DNA of 64,000 nucleotides from Gammaproteobacteria bacterium. GTDB lineage: Bacteria > Pseudomonadota > Gammaproteobacteria > Eutrophobiales > Eutrophobiaceae. A program made the translations under genes and the position numbers. Positions within the stretch are counted from its first letter, which is position 1. The number at the start of each line of letters is the position of its first letter. The stretch covers positions 149,508 to 213,507 of the forward strand of contig CAXMWX010000007.1 in NCBI GenBank assembly GCA_963422205.2, written 5' to 3'. This document shows, piece after piece, positions 50,195 through 60,246 of this stretch. The notes under the pieces were generated by a model, which worked only from the letters and a program-made list of their open reading frames with translations, was not told where the DNA came from and searched no databases.

Positions 50195-51139
50195 ATGAGC
50201 GAAGCCCCTGATAATCATCAACCTAACCACCCGCCCGCTGGCTGTGATCATGGCGGCATCTTCACCATCCCCAGGCCGCACCCGATCATGGGCGCTTGGC
50301 GGGACATTTCCTATGCGCCGGTGCGTGATAACATCTGGTCGGTCAGCGAAGGCATTTATCGTTCTGTATTCCTGGAGGGTAACAAAGGGGTGATTGCTTT
50401 TGATACGTTGACAACCCCGGGCACCGCCAGGGCCTATGCCGGGGCTATTGGTCGAGTCTTCCCTGCAAAACCCATTCACACCATAGTTTACTCTCACGAT
50501 CATCTGGATCACACCGGTTACGCTGCGGATATGGCGCCCGATGCTGACGTCATTGCCCATAAACTCTGTGCCGATGTCGTTGCTGCAAGAAAATCAGATG
50601 GTCAGCTACCAGCAACAGAAATCTGGGACGGTGAACGCGAAGCGTATGAGCTGGACGGCGTCTATTTTGAATTGCTTTATCCGGGACCGACCCATGGCGA
50701 TGGTAATATCGCGGCTTATTTTCCGGAAAATAAGATCCTATTTATGGTAGATACCGTCATTCCGGGTGTGGGTTACACGTTTTTTCCTGACTGGCATCTG
50801 ACACCCTACATCCCTGCCATGAAACGTTTTCTTAGCCTGGACTGGGATCTGTTTATCCCCGGCCATTTCTGGGTCACCAATCGTCAAGGCTTTATGGATA
50901 ACCTGACATACTATGAGGAGATGGCCGAGTTTGCCCAGCAGGCGATCATTGATGGGGTCGATCCGCATGACTGGCCGGTGCTGTCTCGCTATGCGGCAGA
51001 GAAATTAAAACCGGCATTCGGCCATCTGTTTCGCTACCATGAATACTGCGCCATGAACTTATCGCGCTACATGCAGCAATACCTGACCGGTGGTTGGGGT
51101 ATAGCAGGGAATATCATGCCTGATACAACACCGTTTTAA
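50195..51139 (+). CDS. MBL-fold metallo-hydrolase, paralog 1
   Basis: SHDHLDH, THG, VD and PGH motifs. Confidence 0.88.
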   Translation: MSEAPDNHQPNHPPAGCDHGGIFTIPRPHPIMGAWRDISYAPVRDNIWSVSEGIYRSVFLEGNKGVIAFDTLTTPGTARAYAGAIGRVFPAKPIHTIVYSHDHLDHTGYAADMAPDADVIAHKLCADVVAARKSDGQLPATEIWDGEREAYELDGVYFELLYPGPTHGDGNIAAYFPENKILFMVDTVIPGVGYTFFPDWHLTPYIPAMKRFLSLDWDLFIPGHFWVTNRQGFMDNLTYYEEMAEFAQQAIIDGVDPHDWPVLSRYAAEKLKPAFGHLFRYHEYCAMNLSRYMQQYLTGGWGIAGNIMPDTTPF

Positions 51140-51155
51140 TCTGGAGGAATACATC

Positions 51156-52070
51156 ATGGCTGAAAACAGCGGGCTGTTTACTTCAGATAAAGCGCAAGAA
51201 TACCTGGCCTTTGAACCAGAGATGAGGGTGACACAACTCTCCGATCGTCTCTGGACTATCAGTGATGGTGTGTATCGCAGTATTTTTCTTGAAGGCAATG
51301 ACAGTGTCATCGCCTTTGATACTTTCGGTACACCGGGAAAAGCACGCGCTTATGCACGCGCGATTGGGCAAACCCTTCCCCATAAAGACATTGGCGTTAT
51401 TGTGTATTCTCACGATCATCTGGATCACGCGGGTTTTGCTGAAGACCTGGCGCCTGATGCACAAATCATTGCCGATGAGATCTGTGCAAAAGTCGTTAAA
51501 CTGCGTGCAGCCCAGGGTCAACGTCAACCGACAAGGGTCATCGCCGGGACAAAAAACGACATCACAGTCGATGGTGTGGACTTAGTGCTTTTGAACCCTG
51601 GCCCGACTCACGGATCAGGTAATCTGGTCTGCTACCTCAGCGAAGAGAAAATTCTGTTCTCCTCGGACACCATCCTCGCCAATGCCCGTTACGGTTTGTT
51701 ACCGGATATTCATTTAGCCAACTTCGTTACCTTTATGCGCGGGTTTCTGGAACTGGACTGGCATACGTTTGTACCAGGACGCTATGACGTGACGGATCGC
51801 GCCGGGTTTGAAAAAGGTTGTGATTATATCGAAGCAATACAGGAAGCCTGTCAGCATGCCTTTGTAGAATTTGTCCCTGTCTGGGCATACGAGCCCATGC
51901 AGGCGTATGTGGCCGACAAACTGCGAGACCGGTTCGGCGATCTGGACGGGTTTGAGGAACATGTGGGTTTAAGCGCAATCCGTATTGTGCATCATTATTT
52001 AATGGGTGGCTGGTCATTGGAAGACACGCCTGCCCCTGGTTATATGCTTGCCGAGGAAGTGCAACTGTAA
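51156..52070 (+). CDS. MBL-fold metallo-hydrolase, paralog 2
   Basis: SHDHLDH and THG motifs; PGR in place of PGH; similar to paralog 1 along its length. Confidence 0.85.
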   Translation: MAENSGLFTSDKAQEYLAFEPEMRVTQLSDRLWTISDGVYRSIFLEGNDSVIAFDTFGTPGKARAYARAIGQTLPHKDIGVIVYSHDHLDHAGFAEDLAPDAQIIADEICAKVVKLRAAQGQRQPTRVIAGTKNDITVDGVDLVLLNPGPTHGSGNLVCYLSEEKILFSSDTILANARYGLLPDIHLANFVTFMRGFLELDWHTFVPGRYDVTDRAGFEKGCDYIEAIQEACQHAFVEFVPVWAYEPMQAYVADKLRDRFGDLDGFEEHVGLSAIRIVHHYLMGGWSLEDTPAPGYMLAEEVQL

Positions 52071-52136
52071 GGGCTTTTTTCTGTTACTGTTTCATTCTGT
52101 CATCCTGAGTCGCGTGGCGATGATAAGCGCTTTTTC

Positions 52137-53414
52137 ATGAGTCATACTCAAACAAAGATTTTCTACGGCTGGTGGAATGTGGCCACCGGGTTTGTCGGCA
52201 TGGGCCTCAGCTACACCATGTTTACGGTCTTCGCCTTTGGGATCTTCGTTGCCCCCCTGCAAAAAGAATTTGGCTGGGGCCGGGGCGAGATGTCCTTTGC
52301 CCTGACCATGACCAACATCGCCGTTGTGCTGGCCTCCCCTGCCCTGGGATTTCTGATCGACAAAATCGGTGTGAAACGTGCCTTGATCCCATCCATCATT
52401 ATGATGGGACTGTGTGTTGCATCCATGACTTTACTGACGCCGAATATCTGGCACTACTACGCCCTGTATTTTCTTATCCCCTTGCTTGGCGCTGGCACCT
52501 TGCCGCAAAGTTACTCCCGTGTCCTGATCGCCTGGTTTGCACGGCGGCGTGGTATCGCCCTGGGCGTTTCCCTTTCCGGTTTCGGGGTGGGTGCAGCACT
52601 GGTGCCTGCCGTGGCGCAATTTATCCTCGCTGAACACGGCTGGCGAACGGCTTATGCCGTATTTGCCATCGTCATATTTTTACTTGCCCTTCCTATGGCT
52701 GTTTTCGTGTTAAAGGAACGGCCAGAGGCGCTGGGGCTGAAACCCGATGGAGAGACTGACGAGACAATATCTTCAGAAGGAAGAGGCCAGGTTGTTACTG
52801 ATCCGAACATCGGACTCAGCGGTAGAGAGGCCGCAAAAACACGCAGCTACTGGGTGATTTTATTGTCGTTTCTTTTAGTAGGCGTGGGTATCACCAGTAT
52901 CTTAGCCCATCTGGTGCCCATGCTGACAGACAGAGGCGTACCGGCACAAACAGCGGCCCTGTGTATGACGGCACTGGGAGTGGGACTCATCTTTGGCCGG
53001 ATCATGGCAGGCTTTTTAATGGATTATTTCTTTGCACCCTATGTCACCGCTTTTTTTCTTTTCCTGCTGATTGCCGGTATCGCCATACTCGCAACGGGTA
53101 CGACAGGCAGCTTGGTCTTTGTTGCGGCAGTGTGTGTCGGACTCGCAACCGGCTCGGAAATCAGCGAGATCGCCTATATATGCAGCCGCTACTTCGGCCC
53201 AAAGGCTTTCGGGCAAATCTACGGCATCATGTTCGCCGCGTTTCAGTTTGGCTCGGCCTTCGGGGCACCTGTACTGGGAAAATACCATGACCAACATGGA
53301 GACTATACTGGCGCCCTCTGGTTTGTGGCAAGTTTGGTGTTGCTAGGCGCAATACTGATCCTCATGCTCAAACCTTATCCAGATCTGGAAAAGCAACCGG
53401 GGTCTGGATCATAG
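52137..53414 (+). CDS. MFS transporter
   Basis: About 12 TM helices; G.L.DK.G.KR, WF.RRRG.ALG and YFG...FG.IYG motifs. Confidence 0.92.
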   Translation: MSHTQTKIFYGWWNVATGFVGMGLSYTMFTVFAFGIFVAPLQKEFGWGRGEMSFALTMTNIAVVLASPALGFLIDKIGVKRALIPSIIMMGLCVASMTLLTPNIWHYYALYFLIPLLGAGTLPQSYSRVLIAWFARRRGIALGVSLSGFGVGAALVPAVAQFILAEHGWRTAYAVFAIVIFLLALPMAVFVLKERPEALGLKPDGETDETISSEGRGQVVTDPNIGLSGREAAKTRSYWVILLSFLLVGVGITSILAHLVPMLTDRGVPAQTAALCMTALGVGLIFGRIMAGFLMDYFFAPYVTAFFLFLLIAGIAILATGTTGSLVFVAAVCVGLATGSEISEIAYICSRYFGPKAFGQIYGIMFAAFQFGSAFGAPVLGKYHDQHGDYTGALWFVASLVLLGAILILMLKPYPDLEKQPGSGS

Positions 53415-53540
53415 TCGAGTTATTTGGGACTTACGAAGTTTGCTATGGAGAATCGTTGCAGTAACTGAGTGATCAAAATAGATCATCGTCAAACTGAAAT
53501 GTGATCTGCTTCAATTATGCGGTTTTCCAATTCGGTAGGA

Positions 53541-54749
53541 TTAAACCAGCCAACGCTTTAATCTGGAACGTAGATTAGAAATAGTTAGGGGGTAATCATA
53601 TCTTATATCGACAACGGTTACATCGTTTTCTGTGCATAGGGTGCGTTTCAATTTATCTCGCTTTTTTGTTTCCCCGAATGCAGCTTCTCCACCAAACACT
53701 GGAATCGGCGTATAGTGTTGCTTTCCTTGGTGTTCGAGTACTAAAGACAGTTCCGGCAAATAGATATCCAGACGTTGTCGTCCTAGCCATTTTGGTGAAG
53801 CTTCACGGCGTATAACGTTACGTGGAAAAAGTTTGGTGACTAGTTCATAAAGTTCGCCCTCACGCCTCCATTTACCAATCCCTAGTCGACGCTTGGCTTC
53901 AGCTTTTGATGTGCGGTGATCCATATAGGTACTGCACAACAAGAAATCCACATAGGGTGCATAGTTTGTATGAATCTGAGTGCCATAACGTTCGATGGAT
54001 ACTTCATGCCCATATTTTTCCGATATACAAAAGTGGCAAAGTTCATCTGCGTATAATGCTGATTCAAGCATATTTATAGTATGGTGTGGCCACGAGTTGG
54101 GCATATAACCTCCTACTATTGCCTTCACATCTTTCAGCATAGCCATATGTGCTGGCGCGTGACATCGGCAAAAAAGACGTTATCCTGTAATAACGTGGTC
54201 AAATGATACTGTTTGAAAACCTTCAGCTCTAAATTCTATTGGATCGCACCCATTAGTAAGATTAGCAATATATGGTTGAGAGATTTTATCTCTTACCTCA
54301 TCAAGTACATTTTTAAAAACTTCCGGCGGAATTGTTATCTCATTGATACGAATAGTATGATTAATTTGCGTTTTTAATTCTTTTTGTTTGTACACATATG
54401 GACCGAGTTCATAGAATAGTTCGTCAACCTCAACACCTCTTATCTTAATATCGGCCAACACTGCATTATTATTTTTTACCGTTGAAAATCTTACTTCTGA
54501 ATAACAGGCCGCATAGCCTTCCTGACTGAGTATCGCCAAGTTTTGAAACCTGTTTTTATAATAAGAAGGATGTACCACGCCTCTTGGCGCTTTGATGAGC
54601 AAAACCTTGAGTGAGTCCAAAACAGATTTTTCGAACCATTCTGATAAAAGTTTTTCGATAGCATCAATAACCGTAAGACCTCCAGTGATCAGTTCTACAG
54701 CAAGTTGTGCACTGAAAGCTTGATGATCTAGTTCAAATTTGACTTGCAT
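53541..54749 (-). pseudogene. Probable single gene with C-terminal PD-(D/E)XK/Vsr-like nuclease domain, split by an in-frame TAA at 54180-54182
   Basis: The two ORFs share a frame and are joined by 11 sense codons (RLFCRCHAPAH); RLDIY....EHQG.QHY..RD..K motif. Confidence 0.7.
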
Positions 54750-54756
54750 TTTATCT

Positions 54757-55023
54757 TCATGATCCGGGCGGTGATTTCCGATCTTTTGTGCCCCAGCTAT
54801 TCAGCCAACTATTCACATTATGCTCGTTGATTGCCTTGCCCGCCTTGATAGATTCCAACGCTGCGAACGTATCCTGCCATCTTGCATCCGCAAGTGACTG
54901 TCTGGCGATAAATTCCTTAATAGCCTGATTTATTAGATAATGCTTACTTCTATCCAGCTTTTTAGCAAGGGATTCCAGGGGCTTTTCCACCTCATCTGGG
55001 ATCTGAATACTGGTAATACTCAT
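54757..55023 (-). CDS. CopG/ribbon-helix-helix antitoxin, orphan
   Basis: L..LA..LDRSK.YLI.QAI.EF and V..WL.SWGT motifs. Confidence 0.85.
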   Translation of the reverse strand: MSITSIQIPDEVEKPLESLAKKLDRSKHYLINQAIKEFIARQSLADARWQDTFAALESIKAGKAINEHNVNSWLNSWGTKDRKSPPGS

Positions 55024-55091
55024 AGCGCCATCTCAATATAGTTACTTGTAATACATGGTAGTATAATTAAGATAGGGTGGCGATAGAAATT

Positions 55092-55161
55092 TATACGCCT
55101 CACATCACCGGCAGCAAAAATGGGTGACGGATCAAACGTCACTTGCAGCGACTTATTAGGC
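55092..55161 (-). other. Degenerate attC-like site
   Basis: Minus strand GCCTAATAAGTCGCTGCAAGTGACGTTTGA...GCCGGTGATGTGAGGCGTAT resembles attC ends with the middle deleted. Confidence 0.55.
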
Positions 55162-55351
55162 CAAAGCATACTCAAACTATTCTGTTTCAGAATCCTGAGA
55201 GAACGCCTTGCCGATCTCAAAAATGATCTTGATGTCTTCCATCTTGGCGTTTCGAAAGCTGCATTGTGAATCCATAAAATGATTGTAATCCAATTCACCG
55301 CGCCACTTCGGACTCAGCAACGCTGCCATCTCATCCTTTATCAAAGAGTGA

Positions 55352-55864
55352 CTAAAGAAAGATGATGTTGCTCAGCTTCCAGGTCAGGCCATGACGGGAG
55401 AACACGAAGCGAGTCTCACCACCGTCTTCCGACGGGACCCAGGCTGAGAACTTACTCATGTTATCGTACGTGTATCTGACATCTTCAAATGGATTCGAAT
55501 TCGTCATAGGCTCAAGACTTTCTTCATCGATAGTAGGTCTGTCTCCAGACATAAGATTGGTCAAGCCTGTAGGCGTTACATACAAGTCAACCATGCCATC
55601 TACTAGCTTTGTAACAAACACCATGCCGAGTGCCGCAAACAGATCGCTCCCTATCTCCGATGCCAGCTCGGCCATCATCAGCATATTTATTTGATGTTTC
55701 AAGCTTATTTTCAAGGCAGAAAAGTCCACCTTTTCCGAAAGCGCTTCAGAATCGCTTGCTTCAATGGCCTCCCGAATCTGATGAATCGTTATAAATGGGC
55801 CACTTGCGGTGTAACCAGCGACACCGATCATGACCACGATTAGCAATAGCGTGAGCTTGTTCAT
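55352..55864 (-). CDS. DUF2939-like exported protein
   Basis: N-terminal TM, P......I..AI...D...LSE.VDF..L, LVD..VTP.GL and L.WKL motifs. Confidence 0.75.
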   Translation of the reverse strand: MNKLTLLLIVVMIGVAGYTASGPFITIHQIREAIEASDSEALSEKVDFSALKISLKHQINMLMMAELASEIGSDLFAALGMVFVTKLVDGMVDLYVTPTGLTNLMSGDRPTIDEESLEPMTNSNPFEDVRYTYDNMSKFSAWVPSEDGGETRFVFSRHGLTWKLSNIIFL

Positions 55865-56117
55865 GTAGTTCTCATCCCTGGCCTCTCTCCCCCAACTTCG
55901 GAATAAACTGACAAGGGTATTTTCGCTTATTTTTCTTACGTATCAATGAAACCGCGCACTCTCTTACATTGTAGTATATAGAGTGAAAGCGAGAACGAGA
56001 AAAGGTATTTTTTACGCCCAATGACGAAACACACAAAGGGTTCACCAAAATCGGGGGCGGGAGATACTTCGCCTTCATCAATTTACATATCATATTGAAA
56101 AAAAAATTGATGATGTC

Positions 56118-56236
56118 CTGCACCGGGGTCTGTTCATTTCCGTCCCCAGTTCAGGCTTTTTAAAACGCCGTCTCCCCTCCCTCATACACCTTGATCAGTA
56201 CGCCGGACAAGGGTTCGCCGCTATCTTTACCCACGC
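56118..56236. repeat. Diverged direct-repeat copy of 58068-58186 (3' end of the M24 gene plus downstream DNA)
   Basis: CTGCACCGGGGTCTGT...AGTTCAGGCT...GCCGTCTCCCC.CCCTCATA..CCTTGATC.GTACGCCGGACAA...CCCACGC in both. Confidence 0.9.
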
Positions 56237-56238
56237 AG

Positions 56239-56522
56239 CGGATTATCTGGACGTAGCCAGCAGCAAAAGCATTAGCACAGATTCAGGATTATATCGTACA
56301 GGACAACCCTGCCGCCGCTTACGATTTTACCAAAACGATTCAAGCCGCCGTGCGAAACCTGATAACGTACCGAAAGATGGGGCGTGCAGGCCGGGTCAAA
56401 AATTCCTGTGAATTGGTGCTCTCAGACATGCCTTGTATCGTACCTTAGATAGGGTCAAAGATGAAGCAATCCACATACTCAGTGTCCTGCATACTGCGCG
56501 AAAATGGCCGGAACATGTCTGA
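56239..56522 (+). pseudogene. RelE/ParE family toxin remnant
   Basis: IIWT*PA...L..I.DYI..DNP.AA...MGR.GRV...ELV and IL.VLH.ARKWP; internal stops, no start. Confidence 0.8.
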
Positions 56523-56665
56523 TCAGGACGTAATATAAAAATCAAGTCCTGGGAAGTTAAGCACCAGAGAATAAGTGCTAAACTTCTAAAATGAACAGGA
56601 AAAACATTGGCCTCCCTGAGCAAAAGCAATCTGCCTGTTTGTTTCACAGATATACTCATTTAATC

Positions 56666-56733
56666 CATATAACGCCTGCTTCAGCAAAGCAGGTGCATCA
56701 GCAACTGCGTCCACTTGCCAGAATGGTTACATG
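56666..56733 (-). other. attC-like site downstream of hicB
   Basis: Minus strand ATGTAAC...GCTGAAGCAGGC-GTTATAT, complementary core boxes ~66 bp apart. Confidence 0.6.
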
Positions 56734-56739
56734 CGAGGG

Positions 56740-57066
56740 CTAACTCAGCTTGCTGGATACCAACCTGTTCAAACTGATGCCGGATTCCGCTGCTTGAATG
56801 GCAAGCATACGGTGCGTTTCCGGCGCTATACGCACCATGAATTTACCGCTGTAATTTTTAAGCGCAATGGGCTCTGGCGTATTCTCCTCGTTTTTGATCA
56901 TGTCAGTCAAACAACGCTTTACGAGTTTTCTGATACCGCCTAGTGCTTTTTCAGGGGTTTTATCAAGCCAGCTTAAACCGGGAAATTCTGCACACAAACC
57001 AACATGCTCCTGATCTTCTTCAGACCAAGTTAAACGATATGTGTAACGATCATAGTCTTTAGTCAT
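56740..57066 (-). CDS. hicB: HicB family antitoxin
   Basis: YTYR..WSEED..HVGLCAEFP.LSW and YSGKF.VRI..E.HR.LA..AAE.G.SLNR motifs. Confidence 0.9.
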   Translation of the reverse strand: MTKDYDRYTYRLTWSEEDQEHVGLCAEFPGLSWLDKTPEKALGGIRKLVKRCLTDMIKNEENTPEPIALKNYSGKFMVRIAPETHRMLAIQAAESGISLNRLVSSKLS

Positions 57067-57310
57067 TTTGGGTCTCCAGATGCTCAATAGCTTTCAGGAC
57101 TTGCCTTACCTGATAAGGTTTGGCCCTGCCTTTGGCATTTTGAATATTCACTCTAGGGTCACCTTGCCACGGCGTTTTATAAACTTTGTGACTGGTGCCT
57201 GATTGCCTGGGCTCACCAAAGTATGCATTACAGACTTTGCATAGCTCGTTAAAGCGAATACCCCGTGGGTTTTTCCTCATTTGAATGAGAATATCTTCGA
57301 TGTGCGCCAT
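57059..57310 (-). CDS. hicA: HicA-like toxin
   Basis: NP..IRF..L, GTSH..YKTPW.GDPRVNIQ and AKPYQV.QV motifs; coupled to hicB. Confidence 0.85.
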   Translation of the reverse strand: MAHIEDILIQMRKNPRGIRFNELCKVCNAYFGEPRQSGTSHKVYKTPWQGDPRVNIQNAKGRAKPYQVRQVLKAIEHLETQND

Positions 57311-57437
57311 GAATTTATAATATCATTAATGATACTAATAAGAAAGCATCGACTTGAAAATAAATGAGCCAGGTACTACGCGGCATATCACGCAGCGGCA
57401 AGTCCAGCACACGTAGCGTACGCTGTGCTGCGCCCGG

Positions 57438-57677
57438 CTATGCAGCTACGTGCTGATACAAATATTCTGGAGCAAGGTCCGCTCCATTGGGCCAGACGAT
57501 GGTTTTCAACTCAGGGTCTACGACAAATTTGCGAAATCGGGCAAGATCTTTGAGCGGTTCAAAAACTTCACCCCATAACTCATTCTCAAGATCGATGATT
57601 GCACTTTTACCATCCGAAAATATCACTTCAATTTTATAGCCATCAATATAATTCGCATTGGTCAATTTTGGCGTCAT
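57438..57677 (-). CDS. DUF2442 family protein (putative antitoxin)
   Basis: FSDG, GEVFEPLKD and TIVWPNGADLAPE.LY motifs. Confidence 0.88.
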   Translation of the reverse strand: MTPKLTNANYIDGYKIEVIFSDGKSAIIDLENELWGEVFEPLKDLARFRKFVVDPELKTIVWPNGADLAPEYLYQHVAA

Positions 57678-57682
57678 GATGT

Positions 57683-57943
57683 TTACTCCAACGGTGCAAT
57701 CTTCTGGAGCGGCTTTCTCTCTTGAGCAAGCCGCCAGTCGACAAGCAACTCATCTTTATGTAATTGATGCCATTCTAATACAAGGTGTTTTGCTCGACGA
57801 GGGAAATCGCCCGAAAGAATTTCACCTGTAAGAATGTTTACTCTCATTTCATTTTCGCCATACTGGGCATGAAAATGTGGCGGAGCATGGTCATTATAAT
57901 ACATCGCAATTACGATTCCTAAGAAACGGCTAATTTCCGGCAT
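57683..57943 (-). CDS. DUF4160 family protein (putative toxin)
   Basis: MPEISRFLGIVI.MY..DH.PPHFHA.YG and I.PLE motifs. Confidence 0.9.
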   Translation of the reverse strand: MPEISRFLGIVIAMYYNDHAPPHFHAQYGENEMRVNILTGEILSGDFPRRAKHLVLEWHQLHKDELLVDWRLAQERKPLQKIAPLE

Positions 57944-58109
57944 ATACTTTTCTTATTGATTGCTGCATAAGCCACCGGCTAAGACGCGCCTACTTTTTGC
58001 GCGTGATGAAAGCAAATTTCTGTATGAGTCCACCACCTATTTCCCTTTTTGTTATGGTTGATAATGTACTGCACCGGGGTCTGTCATACCCGTCGCTAGT
58101 TCAGGCTAT

Positions 58110-59261
58110 TTAGAAAGCCGTCTCCCCACCCTCATAAGCCTTGATCGGTACGCCGGACAATGGCTCGCCGCCGTCTTTGCCCACGCGGTAGGTTTCCTGA
58201 AAATACAGTGAATGCGTGCGTTCCTGATTCATGAAGTGGGGGTGCATGGAACACACCATGTTTTCCGGCAACACGAAATCAAATCCTTCACCGATGCGCG
58301 GCATCTCAATCATGGTCATACCGATGGAATGACCGCATACATGACCGGAGCGATAACCGCGATCAAAGATGGGTTTCATGCAGGCATTGCTGGCCTCCTC
58401 CGCCGTATTACCGGCCTTCATGTGTTCTTTGGCCAACTCGTGGAATTCCTGATAGGCCGTCATCATCTCGCGGGTGGTGTCATCCATGCCGGCGGGAAAC
58501 ATGGGCCGTGAAAACTCCACCCAGTGCCCCCCTTCGCCGGAGATCTCAAGACCATACATCAACCCGTCTGAGTCCTCTACAGGTCGGTTCGTTGGAAAAA
58601 TCATCTGCGGGGCGAGTGAGCCGTTTCGCCCGACTTGCACCATGTCCATGGTATTGCGCGCGCAACCGGCAGCGGCAAAGGTGTTTTCCGCGACGCCCAT
58701 CAACTCCGCCTCGGTCTTGCCGGGCGCAAATGCCTTGATCACCTCCAACACCCCCTGCTTGTTGATCGCCATCGAATGCCGCACAGAAGCGATCTCCTCA
58801 TCGCTTTTCTGCGCCCGCACATAATCAAACTCAGTCTCAAAATCGACAAGGTCAAAATTGGCCGCCAGCGGCGTATAGTCGCGCACATTGATGATATATT
58901 GCAGGCCATAAACGCCGACCTTGCTGGCGCCTTTGCCCTTTAAGTAGTCCGTCATCCATTCGCCGCAATGGGCGGGAAACTCCCGGTCTGGTATAAACGT
59001 TGCCGTATGATCCCCCACCCAGGTAGCCTCACGCGGGAAGACGCAGACCGGATCACCGTCAGCCGGGATCACCACATAGGCATAGCGGTGTAGAATGACA
59101 AAACCACACATATAACGTACAGCACCTTCAAAACCGGTATATTCACTACCGCTTACTATCAGCGCATCCAGTTCTTCTTTTGCTATGGCGGCACGAACGT
59201 TGGCATAACGCCGGTCAATTTCAGCCTGACTGGGGCGAAAACGATTGACATAATCAGTCAT
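58110..59261 (-). CDS. M24 (creatinase/aminopeptidase P fold) family hydrolase
   Basis: Creatinase-like N-domain, R..KS.EEI and GHSIG motifs; canonical metal Asp ligands not evident. Confidence 0.82.
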   Translation of the reverse strand: MTDYVNRFRPSQAEIDRRYANVRAAIAKEELDALIVSGSEYTGFEGAVRYMCGFVILHRYAYVVIPADGDPVCVFPREATWVGDHTATFIPDREFPAHCGEWMTDYLKGKGASKVGVYGLQYIINVRDYTPLAANFDLVDFETEFDYVRAQKSDEEIASVRHSMAINKQGVLEVIKAFAPGKTEAELMGVAENTFAAAGCARNTMDMVQVGRNGSLAPQMIFPTNRPVEDSDGLMYGLEISGEGGHWVEFSRPMFPAGMDDTTREMMTAYQEFHELAKEHMKAGNTAEEASNACMKPIFDRGYRSGHVCGHSIGMTMIEMPRIGEGFDFVLPENMVCSMHPHFMNQERTHSLYFQETYRVGKDGGEPLSGVPIKAYEGGETAF

Positions 59262-59293
59262 GATTTATTTCCTCTTTGCGTATTGATATCGAT

Positions 59294-60223
59294 TTAATTT
59301 TCGGGGTATTCCAGAGTCCAGGAAACCTCCAGACCTTTAATGATCGCCGCGCAGGCTTCATTCATGGGACAGGGTATGCCCAGCTCCCGGCCGAGGCGGG
59401 CAATGCCGCCGTTCAAGGCATCCACCTCGGTTAGCCGCTCGGCCAGCACATCCTGCAACATGCTGGGCGGGTGGTAGTAGGCTTTCTCTCTGCCGTAATC
59501 GAGCAGGGCTTCCGGGTCGCTGTCCAGCGTAACCCCCAGGGCGGCGGCCACGGCCACACCCTCGGCGACCAACGCTGACATCACTTTACGTACCCCCTCC
59601 TGATCGCAGGCAACACCATGCGGCAGACGGGTCAAGGCGCCCATCGCATTGCTGGCGGCATTGAAGATCACCTTCGTCCACTGGGCACCGCGGGCGTCTT
59701 CCATCGCCAGACACTCCATGCCACTGCGGTTAAGGGCGTCGGCTAACGTCTCTACTTCTTCCATGCTGGCCGGCTTGTCGGCGAACGGGCCGATCCAGGT
59801 CTTGCCGCCCGCATCGTGATTGACAATGCCCGGGGCAATCAGATGCCCGGCCGGGAAGATCGTGCCCTGTATCACGCGCGGCACATATTCAGCCACGATG
59901 TCTTCACTGCCAATACCGTTTTGCACGGAACAGACTGCACCATCTTTAAATACAGGTGCCGCCGCTTCCATGGCAACACGGGTAAACAGCGTCTTGGTGG
60001 CGATGATGCCGAACTCACAGGCCGGGATGTCGCTGACGGCGGTACGGGCATTCACCGGTGCAGTGAAATCACTTAAACCCGTCAGCCTGAGGCCGTTTTG
60101 ATTGATCGCATCAACATGCTCCCTGCAAAGATCATAAGCCCATACTTCAACATCATGCAATCTGGCCAGATGTGCTGCATACAGACTGCCAATGGCACCA
60201 CAACCCACAATACACACTTTCAT
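59294..60223 (-). CDS. Ketopantoate reductase (PanE/ApbA) family protein 1
   Basis: GCGAIG, QNG, W.K.IFN, SMLQD and TEVD.LNG motifs. Confidence 0.9.
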   Translation of the reverse strand: MKVCIVGCGAIGSLYAAHLARLHDVEVWAYDLCREHVDAINQNGLRLTGLSDFTAPVNARTAVSDIPACEFGIIATKTLFTRVAMEAAAPVFKDGAVCSVQNGIGSEDIVAEYVPRVIQGTIFPAGHLIAPGIVNHDAGGKTWIGPFADKPASMEEVETLADALNRSGMECLAMEDARGAQWTKVIFNAASNAMGALTRLPHGVACDQEGVRKVMSALVAEGVAVAAALGVTLDSDPEALLDYGREKAYYHPPSMLQDVLAERLTEVDALNGGIARLGRELGIPCPMNEACAAIIKGLEVSWTLEYPEN

Positions 60224-60246
60224 CGATGACTCCTGTTCTTTTATTT

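Noticed and set aside
54147-54185. attC site after the 54180-54749 ORF
   Set aside because: The interval is 11 in-frame sense codons linking two ORFs, better explained as one gene with a nonsense codon
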